64,000 bases of DNA, taken from assembly GCA_965204815.1 (NCBI GenBank), contig OZ242014.1, positions 615,170 through 679,169 of the forward strand. Reading direction: 5' to 3'. Made by a program: the position numbers and the translations under genes. This DNA comes from Dehalococcoidia bacterium (GTDB taxonomy: Bacteria; Chloroflexota; Dehalococcoidia; Lucifugimonadales; CATOSD01). Each line of letters opens with the position of its first letter. The first letter of the stretch is position 1. This document shows, piece by piece, positions 47,105-56,151 of the stretch. The notes under the pieces were generated by a model. The model had not been told where the DNA came from and did no database searches. It saw nothing but the letters and a program-made list of their open reading frames with translations.

Positions 47105-47341
47105 AAGTGTCGTTCAGGTACATTCATCGTGATTGCCACTAGCATCTGCGCGGAAGCGGCGCGTGAGCGACTTCATGGCCAAGTGAGAGATGGATTGAGT
47201 GGAAGTCTAATTCGTGCGCAACGATAAGGCAACATTGGTTGGACTTCGACAGGGAGGGGTTCCGCCGAGACTGCTTCAGACTACTATGTGGCTTCACGGA
47301 CGAGTGCCCAGCTCCCTGAGGTTCACGCTGAAGGCTTGGGC

Positions 47342-48070
47342 TTACGTGATGGGACTCTGAAGGACGATGCCCTCGGTTTCCCAGACTGCGTCAAGTGTGT
47401 GGTCTGGGGGAGGAAGCGTACTGTCCCACGATCTGCCCAGGCAAATCCAGGCGGTCCGCATGTTCATTCGAGACGCACCAATGATGTCTTCTTCAGCATT
47501 ATCGCCGATGAACAACGTGGAGTCCGCCTGAGCGCCGATCAGCTCGAGAGCGTGGCGGAAGATTGCCGGGTCGGGTTTGCGAGCGCCGAAATCCTCGGAG
47601 ACCACACAGGCGGTAACCAGCGTCGCGATGCCGGTGTTTCTCAGCTTGCCCCATTGCGTCTCCGAGCCTCCGTTGGTGACGACACCGACGGGTATCCCCT
47701 GGGACTTGAAGCGCGTGAGCATTGCTTCGGTTCTGGGGTGAAGGCTCACCACCTTTGGCATCATGTCGAAGTGGGCCTTGGTTGCCGCGGCCAGGCTCGG
47801 AAAACTCCCCGGCCACTCGTACAGCATGTCCTGGTAGATGTCTGGTATCGGCTCGTTGCCGTAACCGCGCCGCGCCATCCGCGAGACGAACTCCGCCTTG
47901 TCTTGCGGCCGGTTCTTTGCGGGCAAGGCGTGGTACCAGTGCTCGAAAAGTCGGCCAAAGGCCGTCGCTCGATCTATCAGGGTGTTGTCCAGATCGAACA
48001 GGACGGACTCTATCGGCTGGTGTGTCAACTTCACGTTGGCGATAGTATCACCGGGTTTTGGTGGGAACAA
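47342..48070 (-). CDS. HAD-superfamily hydrolase (subfamily IA-like)
   Basis: Motif I VLFDLDNTL, then ..VVTNG.. and ..FIGDNAEEDIIGA.. Confidence 0.8.
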   Translation of the reverse strand: MFPPKPGDTIANVKLTHQPIESVLFDLDNTLIDRATAFGRLFEHWYHALPAKNRPQDKAEFVSRMARRGYGNEPIPDIYQDMLYEWPGSFPSLAAATKAHFDMMPKVVSLHPRTEAMLTRFKSQGIPVGVVTNGGSETQWGKLRNTGIATLVTACVVSEDFGARKPDPAIFRHALELIGAQADSTLFIGDNAEEDIIGASRMNMRTAWICLGRSWDSTLPPPDHTLDAVWETEGIVLQSPIT

Positions 48071-48097
48071 CGGGCCTGGATCGGTAAAGCAGGCGCT

Positions 48098-48215
48098 TTA
48101 GATTCCTCGGCTAGGCTCGGAATGACAGGAGGAGGGCGCTCGGAATGGTTGGGGGTGGCGGTTGGAATGGTAGTAGGGGGGTGCTCGGAGTGTTTAGTTC
48201 GGAGTGGTAGTAGAG
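48098..48215. repeat. Family C dispersed repeat (TTAGATTCCTCGGCTnnGCTCGGAA) followed by degenerate tandem GCTCGGAATGG-like units
   Basis: ttagattcctcggctaggctcggaatgacagg..gctcggaatggttgg..gcggttggaatggtag..gctcggagtgtttag..ttcggagtggtag. The first part recurs at 57024-57054. Confidence 0.7.
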
Positions 48216-48339
48216 GTGCTCGCGGCGGCTAGGGAGGAGGGCCTGTGGTACAATTGCGGCGATTTTCTGCGGGTTGCGCGGTGGGTGCCGGTGGGGTGCA
48301 TGTGCCGCAGTTGGGCGGTTAGTACGGAGGGTGTTTTCC

Positions 48340-49191
48340 ATGGGTTATGACTTCATCGAGTACGAAGCGTCCGACGGCGTTGGGCGCATCAGGCTGGACA
48401 GGCCGGAGAAGCTGAACGCGCTGAGCCAGCAGCTTCAGGACGAGCTGGTCGAGTGCGCGCTGCGGGCCGACGACGATCCCGACGCGCGGGTGCTGACGCT
48501 GCGGGCGAACGGGAGGGCGTTCAGCGCCGGGTACGACATCACGCCGTCTGCGCCCAGCTCGCCGGAAGAGGCGGAGCGGGCGCGCGAGCGGCGCGAGAAC
48601 ATCCGGTGGGACATGCACAGGATGAAGCAGACGCCGGCGCGCTGGTCTACGCTGCTGAACCTGAGCAAGCCGATCATCGCCGGGGTGCACGGGTATTGCA
48701 TCGCGGGTGGCACGGACCTGGCGATGCACTGCGACATCGTGATCGCGGCGGACGACGCGCAGATAGGGTTCCCGCCGGTTCGCTCAATGGGCACGCCACC
48801 GACGCACATGTGGACGTACATGGTGGGGCCGCAGTGGGCCAAGTGGTTCCTGCTCACCGGGGAGTCGGTGTCCGGGGCCAAGGCCGCGGAGCTGGGCTTC
48901 GCGCTCAAGTCGGTGCCGCGCGAGGAGTTGGACGACGAGGTGGAGGCGCTGGCGGAGACGATGGCCAAGATCCCGTGGGAGCTGCTGGCGGCGAACAAGA
49001 GCATCGTGAACAAGGCGATGGAGCTTATGGGCCGCAACACGCTGCAGGTGCTCGCGGCGGAGACGGACGCGGTGGCACACCAGGCGCCTATCGTCAAGGA
49101 GTTTACGCGGCGCTCGCACACGGAGGGGCTGAAGTCGGCGCTGGACTGGCGCGACCGGCCGTTCCGCGACTACCGGGGCCGCGAGGGGTAA
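48340..49191 (+). CDS. Enoyl-CoA hydratase/isomerase (crotonase) family protein
   Basis: ATG 48340 follows GGAGGG. ..GRIRLDRPEKLNAL..RAFSAGYDI..IAGVHGYCIAGG.. Confidence 0.85.
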   Translation: MGYDFIEYEASDGVGRIRLDRPEKLNALSQQLQDELVECALRADDDPDARVLTLRANGRAFSAGYDITPSAPSSPEEAERARERRENIRWDMHRMKQTPARWSTLLNLSKPIIAGVHGYCIAGGTDLAMHCDIVIAADDAQIGFPPVRSMGTPPTHMWTYMVGPQWAKWFLLTGESVSGAKAAELGFALKSVPREELDDEVEALAETMAKIPWELLAANKSIVNKAMELMGRNTLQVLAAETDAVAHQAPIVKEFTRRSHTEGLKSALDWRDRPFRDYRGREG

Positions 49192-49196
49192 GCGAA

Positions 49197-49233
49197 CCCC
49201 CATCCTAACCTTCCCCCTGCGAGGGGGAAGGGA
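49197..49233 (+). repeat. Dispersed hairpin repeat family A copy
   Basis: Identical 37-mer to 40969-41005, 6 nt after the crotonase stop. Confidence 0.9.
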
Positions 49234-49248
49234 CACAAGGAGAGTACC

Positions 49249-49998
49249 CTGCCAACCCTACGGCAAGCTCAGGGCAGGATCCTGTCGCTGCAGGTCAGCC
49301 GAACGCCGTCCGCGCCAGAGGGGAGCCGCTGGCAGCCCTTCGACGTGCCGTTCGCGGGCGAGAGCATGAGCCTGCTCGACGGCCTCATCTGGATTCAGCG
49401 CAACGTTGACCCGACGCTGGCGTTCCGGTGCGCCTGCCGCGTGGGGATGTGCGGCACGTGCGGGGTGGTGGTGAACGGCAGGGAGGGTCTGGCGTGCCGG
49501 ACGATGGCGCGGGACCTGCTGGACGGCGGCGCGCGCGTGGAGCCGATGCGTCACATGCCGGTGGTACGCGACCTGGTTACCGACCCTTCCGCGTTCCATG
49601 CCAAGGTGGGACAGGTCTCGCCCGGAGTGCCCTACCCGTCCGGCGGTGCGGGCATCGCGGTCGTCGACCCGGGGACGCGGGAGCGCGCGGCGGTCGACCT
49701 GCAGCGGGAGTGCATCTACTGCGGGCTGTGCTACTCAGCGTGCACGGTGGCGGGTCTGGACGAGGAGTTTCTGGGGCCGGCGGCGCTCAACCGGGCGTTT
49801 CTCACGATCCTGGACGAACGCAGCGCGTCGGCCGACGAGACGCTCGACGCGGTGGCGAACGATCGTGGGCTGTGGCGGTGTCACACGATGTTCGAGTGCG
49901 CGGCGGTGTGTCCAAAGGGCATATCTCCGACGCTGGCGATCCAGCAGCTCAAGCGGCGGGCCATCGGGCGGAAACTGAGGCGGTTGTTTGGAAGGTGA
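49249..49998 (+). CDS. Succinate dehydrogenase/fumarate reductase iron-sulfur subunit family protein; start codon unresolved
   Basis: 2Fe-2S and 4Fe-4S motifs CRVGMCGTCG, CIYCGLCYSAC and CHTMFECAAVCPKG. The conserved N-terminal strand (LSLQVSR..RWQPFDVPF..) lies upstream of the first ATG/GTG/TTG (49345). The only SD-spaced candidate is CTG 49249, 6 nt after AAGGAG. Confidence 0.7.
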   Translation: MPTLRQAQGRILSLQVSRTPSAPEGSRWQPFDVPFAGESMSLLDGLIWIQRNVDPTLAFRCACRVGMCGTCGVVVNGREGLACRTMARDLLDGGARVEPMRHMPVVRDLVTDPSAFHAKVGQVSPGVPYPSGGAGIAVVDPGTRERAAVDLQRECIYCGLCYSACTVAGLDEEFLGPAALNRAFLTILDERSASADETLDAVANDRGLWRCHTMFECAAVCPKGISPTLAIQQLKRRAIGRKLRRLFGR

Positions 49999-50001
49999 GC
50001 T

Positions 50002-50181
50002 ATGGCTGAAGCGTATACGCGGTGGGATGTTACGGAGTACCTTCACAACGTGGATGAAATCCGCCTATTCCTCCAGGAGTGCGCGAAAGAAGACCCCGGC
50101 GATGGCAGTTTGATTGGTGCTGCACTCGACAACCTCGCCGAGGGTAGAAACCTACACCGCATGATACGCCAGATTACCTAG
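50002..50181 (+). pseudogene. Truncated addiction-module antidote (HigA-type, N-terminal half only), 59 codons
   Basis: Found by hand; it is below the ORF-track cutoff. MAEAYTRWDVTEYLHNVDEIRLFLQECAKEDPGDGSLIGAALDNLAEGRNLHRMIRQIT resembles the N-terminal ~55 aa of the 'putative addiction module antidote' family, but it stops before the HTH. Locally lower GC. No toxin gene nearby. Confidence 0.45.
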
Positions 50182-50189
50182 ATCGGAAA

Positions 50190-51902
50190 ATGACTGTAGC
50201 TGGGGCGATGTACGACGAGCTGGAACTGGACGTGCTGATTATCGGCGGCGGCGGCGCTGGCCTGATGGCGGCGCTGCACGTGCTGGCGCGCGAGCCGCGG
50301 CTGAGGGTGGGCGTGGCGGCCAAGGGGCTGTTCGGTCAGAGCGGCTGCACGCGCATGGTGCAGGGCGGCTACAACGCCGTTATGAGCGAGAACGACTCCA
50401 TCGAGATGCACTTCGCGGACACGATTCGCGGCGGGGCGTTTCTGAACGACCAGGAGCTGGCATGGACGCTGGTGAATCGCGCGCCTGGGACCATCGCGGA
50501 GCTGGAGAGCTACGGCTGCCTGTTCGACCGGGGGCCGGACGGCCGCATCTATCAGAAGGCGTTCGCGGGGCAGTCGTTCGACCGCACGGTGCACAAGGGC
50601 GACCTGACGGGTATAGAGATCATGTCGCGGCTCAAGGACGCGGTGCTGTCCACGTCCGCGCTGACGCTGGATGAGCACCGCGCGGTGGCCCTGCTGGGCG
50701 ACGCGGGGTCCAGGGTGTCCGGCGCGCTGCTGCTGGACGTGAGGACGGGCGGGTTCGTGGCGGTTTCGGCCAAGGCCACGCTGATGGCGGCCGGAGGCGG
50801 CGCGCGGATGTACCGCATCGCGGCGCCGTCGCTGGAGAAGGCGGGCGATGGCATGGCGCTGAGCTACTGGGCCGGTTGCGTGATGCAGGACATGGAGATG
50901 TACCAGTTCCACCCGACGGGCCTGGTGGCGGGAAGCTCGGTGCTTACGGGCGCGGTGCTGGAGGAGGGGCTGCGCGGCGCCGGAGGCCACATGCGCAACT
51001 CGCACGGCGAGCGGTTCATGGAGCGCTACGACCCCGAGCGGATGGAGCGGTCGACGCGAGACCTGGTGTCCAGGGCCGGCTACATGGAGATTCAGGCCGG
51101 GCGCGGCACCTCGGACGGCGCCGTGCTGCTAGACGTGTCGCACCTGGGCGCGGAGTTCGTGGAGGCGACGTTCCCAGGAATGGCGGACCGCTGCCGGGAA
51201 GTGGGCTACGACCTGGCTAGGGGGCCTGTTCGTGTGTCGCCGACGGCGCACTTCCACATGGGCGGCGCTCGCATAGACTCCGATTGCCTGACCAACCTGG
51301 AGGGGCTGTTCGTCAGCGGCGAGGACGCGGGCGGCGTTCACGGCGCGAACAGGCTGGGCGGCAACGGCGTGGCGGAGTCCACGGTGTTCGGTGGAATCGC
51401 GGGCGACGCGATGGCGGGCTACGTGGTCGGGCGTGAGCAGCCAACGTTGTCGCGGGAGCAGATCGAGCAGGCCATAGCCGAACTGCTCGCGCCGATGAGC
51501 ACCGAGTGCGGGGAGAACGTGTTCGCGATACGGTCGGAGATCGAGGACCTGATGTGGGAGAAGGCGGGGCTGGTACGCGACGAGCGGGGGCTGACCGAGG
51601 CGCTGGCGGGCCTGGACGCGCTGGAGGAACGGCACGCGCGCGCGCCTGTGCCGCCGGTGCGGGAGTTCAATCCGGCGTGGCAGGAGTGGCTGAACGTGCG
51701 CAGCATACTGACGGTGGCGCGGCTGACGTGCGTGAGCGCGCTGGCCCGAACTGAGTCGCGCGGCTCGCACTACCGGAGCGACCACCCGCAGGCGAACGAC
51801 GAGGAGTGGGTGCGCAACCTGCTGGTGCAGGCCGAGCCGGACGGGAGCGAGCGGGTGTGGGACGAAGAAGTGGCGTTCACGCGGATGCGGCCGGGGGAGT
51901 GA
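50190..51902 (+). CDS. Succinate dehydrogenase/fumarate reductase flavoprotein family FAD oxidoreductase
   Basis: DVLIIGGGGAGLMAAL, ..HFHMGGARID.. and ..SRGSHYRSDHP.. Confidence 0.85.
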   Translation: MTVAGAMYDELELDVLIIGGGGAGLMAALHVLAREPRLRVGVAAKGLFGQSGCTRMVQGGYNAVMSENDSIEMHFADTIRGGAFLNDQELAWTLVNRAPGTIAELESYGCLFDRGPDGRIYQKAFAGQSFDRTVHKGDLTGIEIMSRLKDAVLSTSALTLDEHRAVALLGDAGSRVSGALLLDVRTGGFVAVSAKATLMAAGGGARMYRIAAPSLEKAGDGMALSYWAGCVMQDMEMYQFHPTGLVAGSSVLTGAVLEEGLRGAGGHMRNSHGERFMERYDPERMERSTRDLVSRAGYMEIQAGRGTSDGAVLLDVSHLGAEFVEATFPGMADRCREVGYDLARGPVRVSPTAHFHMGGARIDSDCLTNLEGLFVSGEDAGGVHGANRLGGNGVAESTVFGGIAGDAMAGYVVGREQPTLSREQIEQAIAELLAPMSTECGENVFAIRSEIEDLMWEKAGLVRDERGLTEALAGLDALEERHARAPVPPVREFNPAWQEWLNVRSILTVARLTCVSALARTESRGSHYRSDHPQANDEEWVRNLLVQAEPDGSERVWDEEVAFTRMRPGE

Positions 51903-51929
51903 GGGAGCCTGCACTGTCCGCGTTTTGCA

Positions 51930-51958
51930 TTGACGCCTAGTTGCTTTCGCTCTACAAT
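51930..51958 (+). promoter_or_regulatory. Promoter TTGACG-17-TACAAT upstream of the organosulfur gene set
   Basis: TTGACG 51930-51935, 17 nt spacer, TACAAT 51953-51958, ~80 nt before GTG 52041. Confidence 0.65.
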
Positions 51959-52040
51959 CAGGCTCATATCTCATACTGGTAAAAACGCTTGCTCGCGAAC
52001 TGACGTCAGACAACCAAGCTGGTAATGAAGGAGGTCTTCC

Positions 52041-52628
52041 GTGACGCTTACCAAGTACAGACTCGAAGATTTCATTCACGACATGACGGAGCTGGTCGAG
52101 AGCCAGCCCGAGCAGGACAAGCTGTTCGACAAGGGCTCGTCTTACCTGGAGCGGCTGATCAACAACCCTGACGGCATTCCCGAAGAGTACCGAACGCCGA
52201 GGGGAGTCGGGCCGAGGCCCAACCACGGGTCCTATCTGCTCCACCACAACCCCGAGAACGGTCTGCTCATCACCACCGTCGTCTGGGGTCCGGGCGACCA
52301 CACCGGCCCGCACGACCACAAGACGTGGGGCATGATCGGCGTGATGGGGAACACGCTGACCGAGACGCGCTTCCAGCGCAAGGACGACCGCTCTCGCGAC
52401 GACTTCGCCATCCTGGAGAGGGACCGCGTGACCAACGTCCGGCCGGGCGAGGTATCGCTGCTCATTCCCGACGTGGATGAGATTCACCAGATGGACAACC
52501 TGACGGACCGCCCGACGCCGGAGATACACGTGTACGGCGACGACCTTCGGGGGCTCGAGCGCTGCCGCTTCAACCTCGATACGGGCGAGATCAAGTCATT
52601 CATGACGACGCGGTACGACAACTGCTGA
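52041..52628 (+). CDS. Cysteine dioxygenase type I-like cupin (thiol dioxygenase family)
   Basis: ..VVWGPGDHTGPHDHKTWGMIGV..DEIHQM.. is a cupin metal-site pattern typical of the bacterial CDO / 3-mercaptopropionate dioxygenase family. Followed by a rhodanese gene. Confidence 0.7.
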   Translation: MTLTKYRLEDFIHDMTELVESQPEQDKLFDKGSSYLERLINNPDGIPEEYRTPRGVGPRPNHGSYLLHHNPENGLLITTVVWGPGDHTGPHDHKTWGMIGVMGNTLTETRFQRKDDRSRDDFAILERDRVTNVRPGEVSLLIPDVDEIHQMDNLTDRPTPEIHVYGDDLRGLERCRFNLDTGEIKSFMTTRYDNC

Positions 52629-52881
52629 GGGAGTTCGTCGAACTGAGGGTTCTCGGACTTAGACTCTCTCTTGGGGGACAAATTGGCGCGTTACGATGAC
52701 GACTCTTGTGGCGTCAGATGCTCTTGCGACGCTCGTTTCGACCGAATTGATGACCGTTTCGAGCATCTGGAAACTCGCATATCCTCCTTGGAGCAGAGGC
52801 TGGCGTGGCTAGAAGGCTTTCGCCTCGGATTAACCATTGCGGGGCGCGGTAGCAGCCGCACCGGTGGGAGGTGAGGAGACA

Positions 52882-54462
52882 ATGCCAGGCGAAGTTTCAC
52901 CCGGCGTGCTGCGGGACATGCTGTCCGGCAGCTCGCAGTTTGCGCTCATCGACGTCCGGGAGGCGGGCGAATACAACAGCTCGCACATCCCCGGCGCGAG
53001 CCTGATACCGCGCCGGCTGCTGGAGTCGCAGGTCGGCGACGCGGTGCCGCACGCAGCGACGCCGGTCGTGGTGTGCGACGACGACGGCCGCCGCGCGAGA
53101 CTAGCGGCGGGCACACTGGAGCGTCTGGGATACGGCGACGTGTCCCACCTGGCCGGGGGCATCAACCGCTGGGTTACCGAGCATCTCCCCACCGAGTGGG
53201 GCGTCAACGTGCCTAGTAAAGACTTCGGCGAGCGCGTGGAGGTCGAAAACGGCGTCCCTGAAATCACCGCCGTGGAACTGCAAGAGCGCATCGACCGGGG
53301 CGACAAGCTGGTGGTGCTGGATACGCGCACGCCGGAGGAGTACAACCGCTTCTGCATCCCCGGCGGGCGCAGCGTGCCGGGCGCGGAATTGCCGCTCAGG
53401 ATCACCGACATCGTGCGGGAGAGCGGCGACGACACCACGGTCATCGTCAACTGCGCCGGCCGCACCCGCAGCATCATCGGCACCCGCACTTTGCAACGCA
53501 TGGGCATGGGCAACGTGTTCGGGCTGCAGAACGGTACGTCCGGGTGGGTGCTGGCCGGCTACGAGTTGGAGACGGGCGCGGACCGCTTCGCGCTGCCGGC
53601 TCCCTCCGATGAGGGGCGGGCCGAGGCCGAAGAGTACGCGCGGCGGGTGGCGAGCGAGGACGGCGTGCGATTCGTCGACGTGGATGGGCTGCGAGGGCTG
53701 ATGGCCCGGCGTGGCGGCGAGACGGTGTACCTGCTCGACGTTCGCACGCAGGAGGAGCACGAGTCAGGCCACATACCGGGCTTTCGCTGGTTCCCCGGCG
53801 GGCAGGCGGTGCAGCGGTCCGATGAGGCCGCGACCGTGCACAATGCGCCGGTGGTGTTCGCGTGCGACGGCATTGCGCGCGCGGCGGTGACGGCGTCGTG
53901 GTTCCGGCAGATGGGGTTTGGCGAGGTGTACGTGGTGGAGGGCGGCACGTCCGCGTGGACGGCGGCTGGTCACTCGCTGGAGACGGGACTGGCGCCGTCT
54001 CGGACGCTGGGGCTGGACGAGGCGCGCGCTCAGGTGCGTTCGGTGTCTGCTGCCGAACTGGACGCCGCCGGTCCTCACACGGTGCTGTTCGTAGACACGA
54101 GCCAGGACTTCGCGCAGGGACACGTGTCCGGCTCACGCTGGGCGCCACGCGGGTGGCTGGAGTTGTGGGCGGGCGACCTGGCGCCGTCGCTCGATGAGCC
54201 GGTGACGGTGACCTGCCTGGACGGGGTGCACTCGACACTGGCGGCGGCGACGCTGCTGGAGCTAGGCTACACGGACGTCGCGGTGCTGGCTGGCGGGTTG
54301 GGCGCGTGGCGCGAGGCGGGGCTGGCCGTGGAGTTGGGGCTGTCGGGCGTCATGTCTTCGCCCAACGACGTGGTGCTGTCCGGGCCGGACCGGAACTACG
54401 CCGATATGATGAACTACCTCCGCTGGGAGGAGGCGCTCGGCGAGAAGTACGAGCGCTTGTAG
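52882..54462 (+). CDS. Four-domain rhodanese (sulfurtransferase) protein
   Basis: ATG 52882 follows GAGGAG. Four repeats of the rhodanese pattern: ..LIDVREAGEYNSSHIPGA.., ..VLDTRTPEEYNRFCIPGG..NCAGRTRS.., ..LLDVRTQEEHESGHIPG.. and ..FVDTSQDFAQGHVSGS.. Confidence 0.85.
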   Translation: MPGEVSPGVLRDMLSGSSQFALIDVREAGEYNSSHIPGASLIPRRLLESQVGDAVPHAATPVVVCDDDGRRARLAAGTLERLGYGDVSHLAGGINRWVTEHLPTEWGVNVPSKDFGERVEVENGVPEITAVELQERIDRGDKLVVLDTRTPEEYNRFCIPGGRSVPGAELPLRITDIVRESGDDTTVIVNCAGRTRSIIGTRTLQRMGMGNVFGLQNGTSGWVLAGYELETGADRFALPAPSDEGRAEAEEYARRVASEDGVRFVDVDGLRGLMARRGGETVYLLDVRTQEEHESGHIPGFRWFPGGQAVQRSDEAATVHNAPVVFACDGIARAAVTASWFRQMGFGEVYVVEGGTSAWTAAGHSLETGLAPSRTLGLDEARAQVRSVSAAELDAAGPHTVLFVDTSQDFAQGHVSGSRWAPRGWLELWAGDLAPSLDEPVTVTCLDGVHSTLAAATLLELGYTDVAVLAGGLGAWREAGLAVELGLSGVMSSPNDVVLSGPDRNYADMMNYLRWEEALGEKYERL

Positions 54463-54483
54463 CCCGACTGGAGGGACGCCGCC

Positions 54484-54837
54484 ATGCCAATCATAAGTCA
54501 CGGTGAAACGCCGATGCCGCAGCCGGTGGACCGCGTAAGCGAACGCGCGCTGGCGTCGAGCAGGCACGGACTCAGCGACCTGCGAGTGCGCCAGGTCGTG
54601 GTCCATCCGGGCCACCCCGGCAAGCTGCACACGCATCCGACAGACCAGGTGATCATGGTGACGGCGGGCGCGGTGCAGTTCATAGTGGGCGACGAATTCC
54701 AGACGGTGCGCTCCGGCAATTCGCTGGCGGCGCCCGCGGGCGTACCGCACAAGGTCGTCAACAACCTGTGGGTGGCGGCCACGATGCTGGTGATAGACGC
54801 CACAAACGATCTCAGCACGCAATACCTCGAAGACTAG
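54484..54837 (+). CDS. Cupin_2 domain protein
   Basis: ..GHPGKLHTHPTDQVIMVTAGAV..APAGVPHKVVN.. Confidence 0.7.
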   Translation: MPIISHGETPMPQPVDRVSERALASSRHGLSDLRVRQVVVHPGHPGKLHTHPTDQVIMVTAGAVQFIVGDEFQTVRSGNSLAAPAGVPHKVVNNLWVAATMLVIDATNDLSTQYLED

Positions 54838-54851
54838 GAGGCGCAGCGAAA

Positions 54852-55958
54852 ATGGCAACCGCACAGACCATAGTTACCGCGAAGCCGCAGCTCATTCCGA
54901 CCAACGTTGGGGAGCGTACCTTCGCCACGCCTCCGGAGGCGATGCAGGGGAATATCGTACCCAACGACCTGTTCTACATCCGCAACCACTGGAAGGGCGC
55001 GCCCGACATAGACGTGGACGCGTACCGGCTGGCCGTCGACGGCGAGGTAAAGCATCCGCTAAGCCTGTCGCTAGACGCCATCCGCGAGCTGCCGCTGCAG
55101 CGGTTCGAGGTCACGTTCGAGTGCTGCGGCAACAGCATGGTGCCGGAGTACTGGGCGAAGAAGACGCGGGCGGCGATGGAGCAGCTCAAGGGGCACGGCA
55201 TCATGGGGAACGCGGAGTGGGCCGGGGTGTCCCTTCGGGACGTGCTCGAGCAGGCCGGGCTGAAGGACTCGGCGGTGGAGGTGCTGTTCGAGGGCGCCGA
55301 CCACGGCCCCGACGAGGTGAACGGGGACCCGCCGGAGGTGACCTACGAGCGCAGCCTGCCGGTGGAGAAGGCGATGCACCCGGACACGCTGCTGGCGTTC
55401 GAGATGAATGGCGAGCCGCTGCCCCCGATGCACGGCTACCCGCTGCGTCTGCTGGTGCCGGGCTGGTACGGCATGACGTCGGTGAAGTGGCTGGTGGGCA
55501 TACACGTGATCGACCACGAGTTCCAGGGGTTGTACCAGAAGGAGCGGTACATGGTTATCGCTGGCCCCGAGTCGGACGATTTCTACAAGTACCACACCGA
55601 GATGATGGTGAAGTCCATCATCACCGCGCCGATGCCGGGCGAGACGGTGCGCGCGGGCGAGGAGTACACCGTGAGCGGCGCGGCCTGGTCCGGCGAGGTG
55701 GAGATTGCGCGGGTGAAGGTGAGCGCCGACGGCGGACGGACGTGGGAAGACGCCGAGGTGCAGCCTCGCAGCGGCTACTCGTGGCACCGCTGGTCCTACA
55801 ACTGGCGCGCGCCCGCCGCGGGCGGCCACACGCTCATGTCGAGGGCGACCAACGCCAAGGGCGAGACGCAGCCGATGGAGTTTCCCAACCAGTGGGACGG
55901 CCACAACTACGGCAACAACATGGTGTTCCCATTCGAGGTGCAGGTAACCGAAAGCTAG
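54852..55958 (+). CDS. Sulfite oxidase-like molybdopterin oxidoreductase (Oxidored_molyb plus Mo-co dimerisation domains)
   Basis: ATG 54852 follows AGGAGG. ..FYIRNHW..FECCGNS..GYPLRLLVPGWYGMTSVKWL.. Confidence 0.85.
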   Translation: MATAQTIVTAKPQLIPTNVGERTFATPPEAMQGNIVPNDLFYIRNHWKGAPDIDVDAYRLAVDGEVKHPLSLSLDAIRELPLQRFEVTFECCGNSMVPEYWAKKTRAAMEQLKGHGIMGNAEWAGVSLRDVLEQAGLKDSAVEVLFEGADHGPDEVNGDPPEVTYERSLPVEKAMHPDTLLAFEMNGEPLPPMHGYPLRLLVPGWYGMTSVKWLVGIHVIDHEFQGLYQKERYMVIAGPESDDFYKYHTEMMVKSIITAPMPGETVRAGEEYTVSGAAWSGEVEIARVKVSADGGRTWEDAEVQPRSGYSWHRWSYNWRAPAAGGHTLMSRATNAKGETQPMEFPNQWDGHNYGNNMVFPFEVQVTES

Positions 55959-56151
55959 CGTAAGCGGCGCGCTCGCGCGCGCGAGGCTGGTCACAAAAGG
56001 GGGTGGGCGCCAAGCGTCCGCCCCTTTCGTCGTTCGGGGGGCGCCAGACGGGAACCCTTTTGGCCGTCACTGCGTATAATCTAATAGAGGGACTGTTCGA
56101 GCCGGCGGCTGGAGTCTCCGGTCCGGCTATCAAACTCAGGAGGAATGTGAA

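Noticed and set aside
50178-52529. Long minus-strand ORFs 50178..51005 and 51129..52529, and similar ones such as 39685..40668, 35854..37017, 55071..55994 and 21937..22890 (+).
   Set aside because: These are Arg/His/Pro-rich antisense or off-frame shadows of well-supported genes (sdhA-like, dnaJ-like, thiolase, sulfite oxidase and the membrane protein).
52671-52874. A 67-aa ORF (..RFDRIDDRFEHLETRISSLEQRLAWLEG..) in the lower-GC spacer before the rhodanese gene.
   Set aside because: It has a coiled-coil-like heptad segment and could be real. However, the TTG start has no clear RBS, no family is recognised and the tail is low-complexity. The evidence is insufficient to call a CDS.
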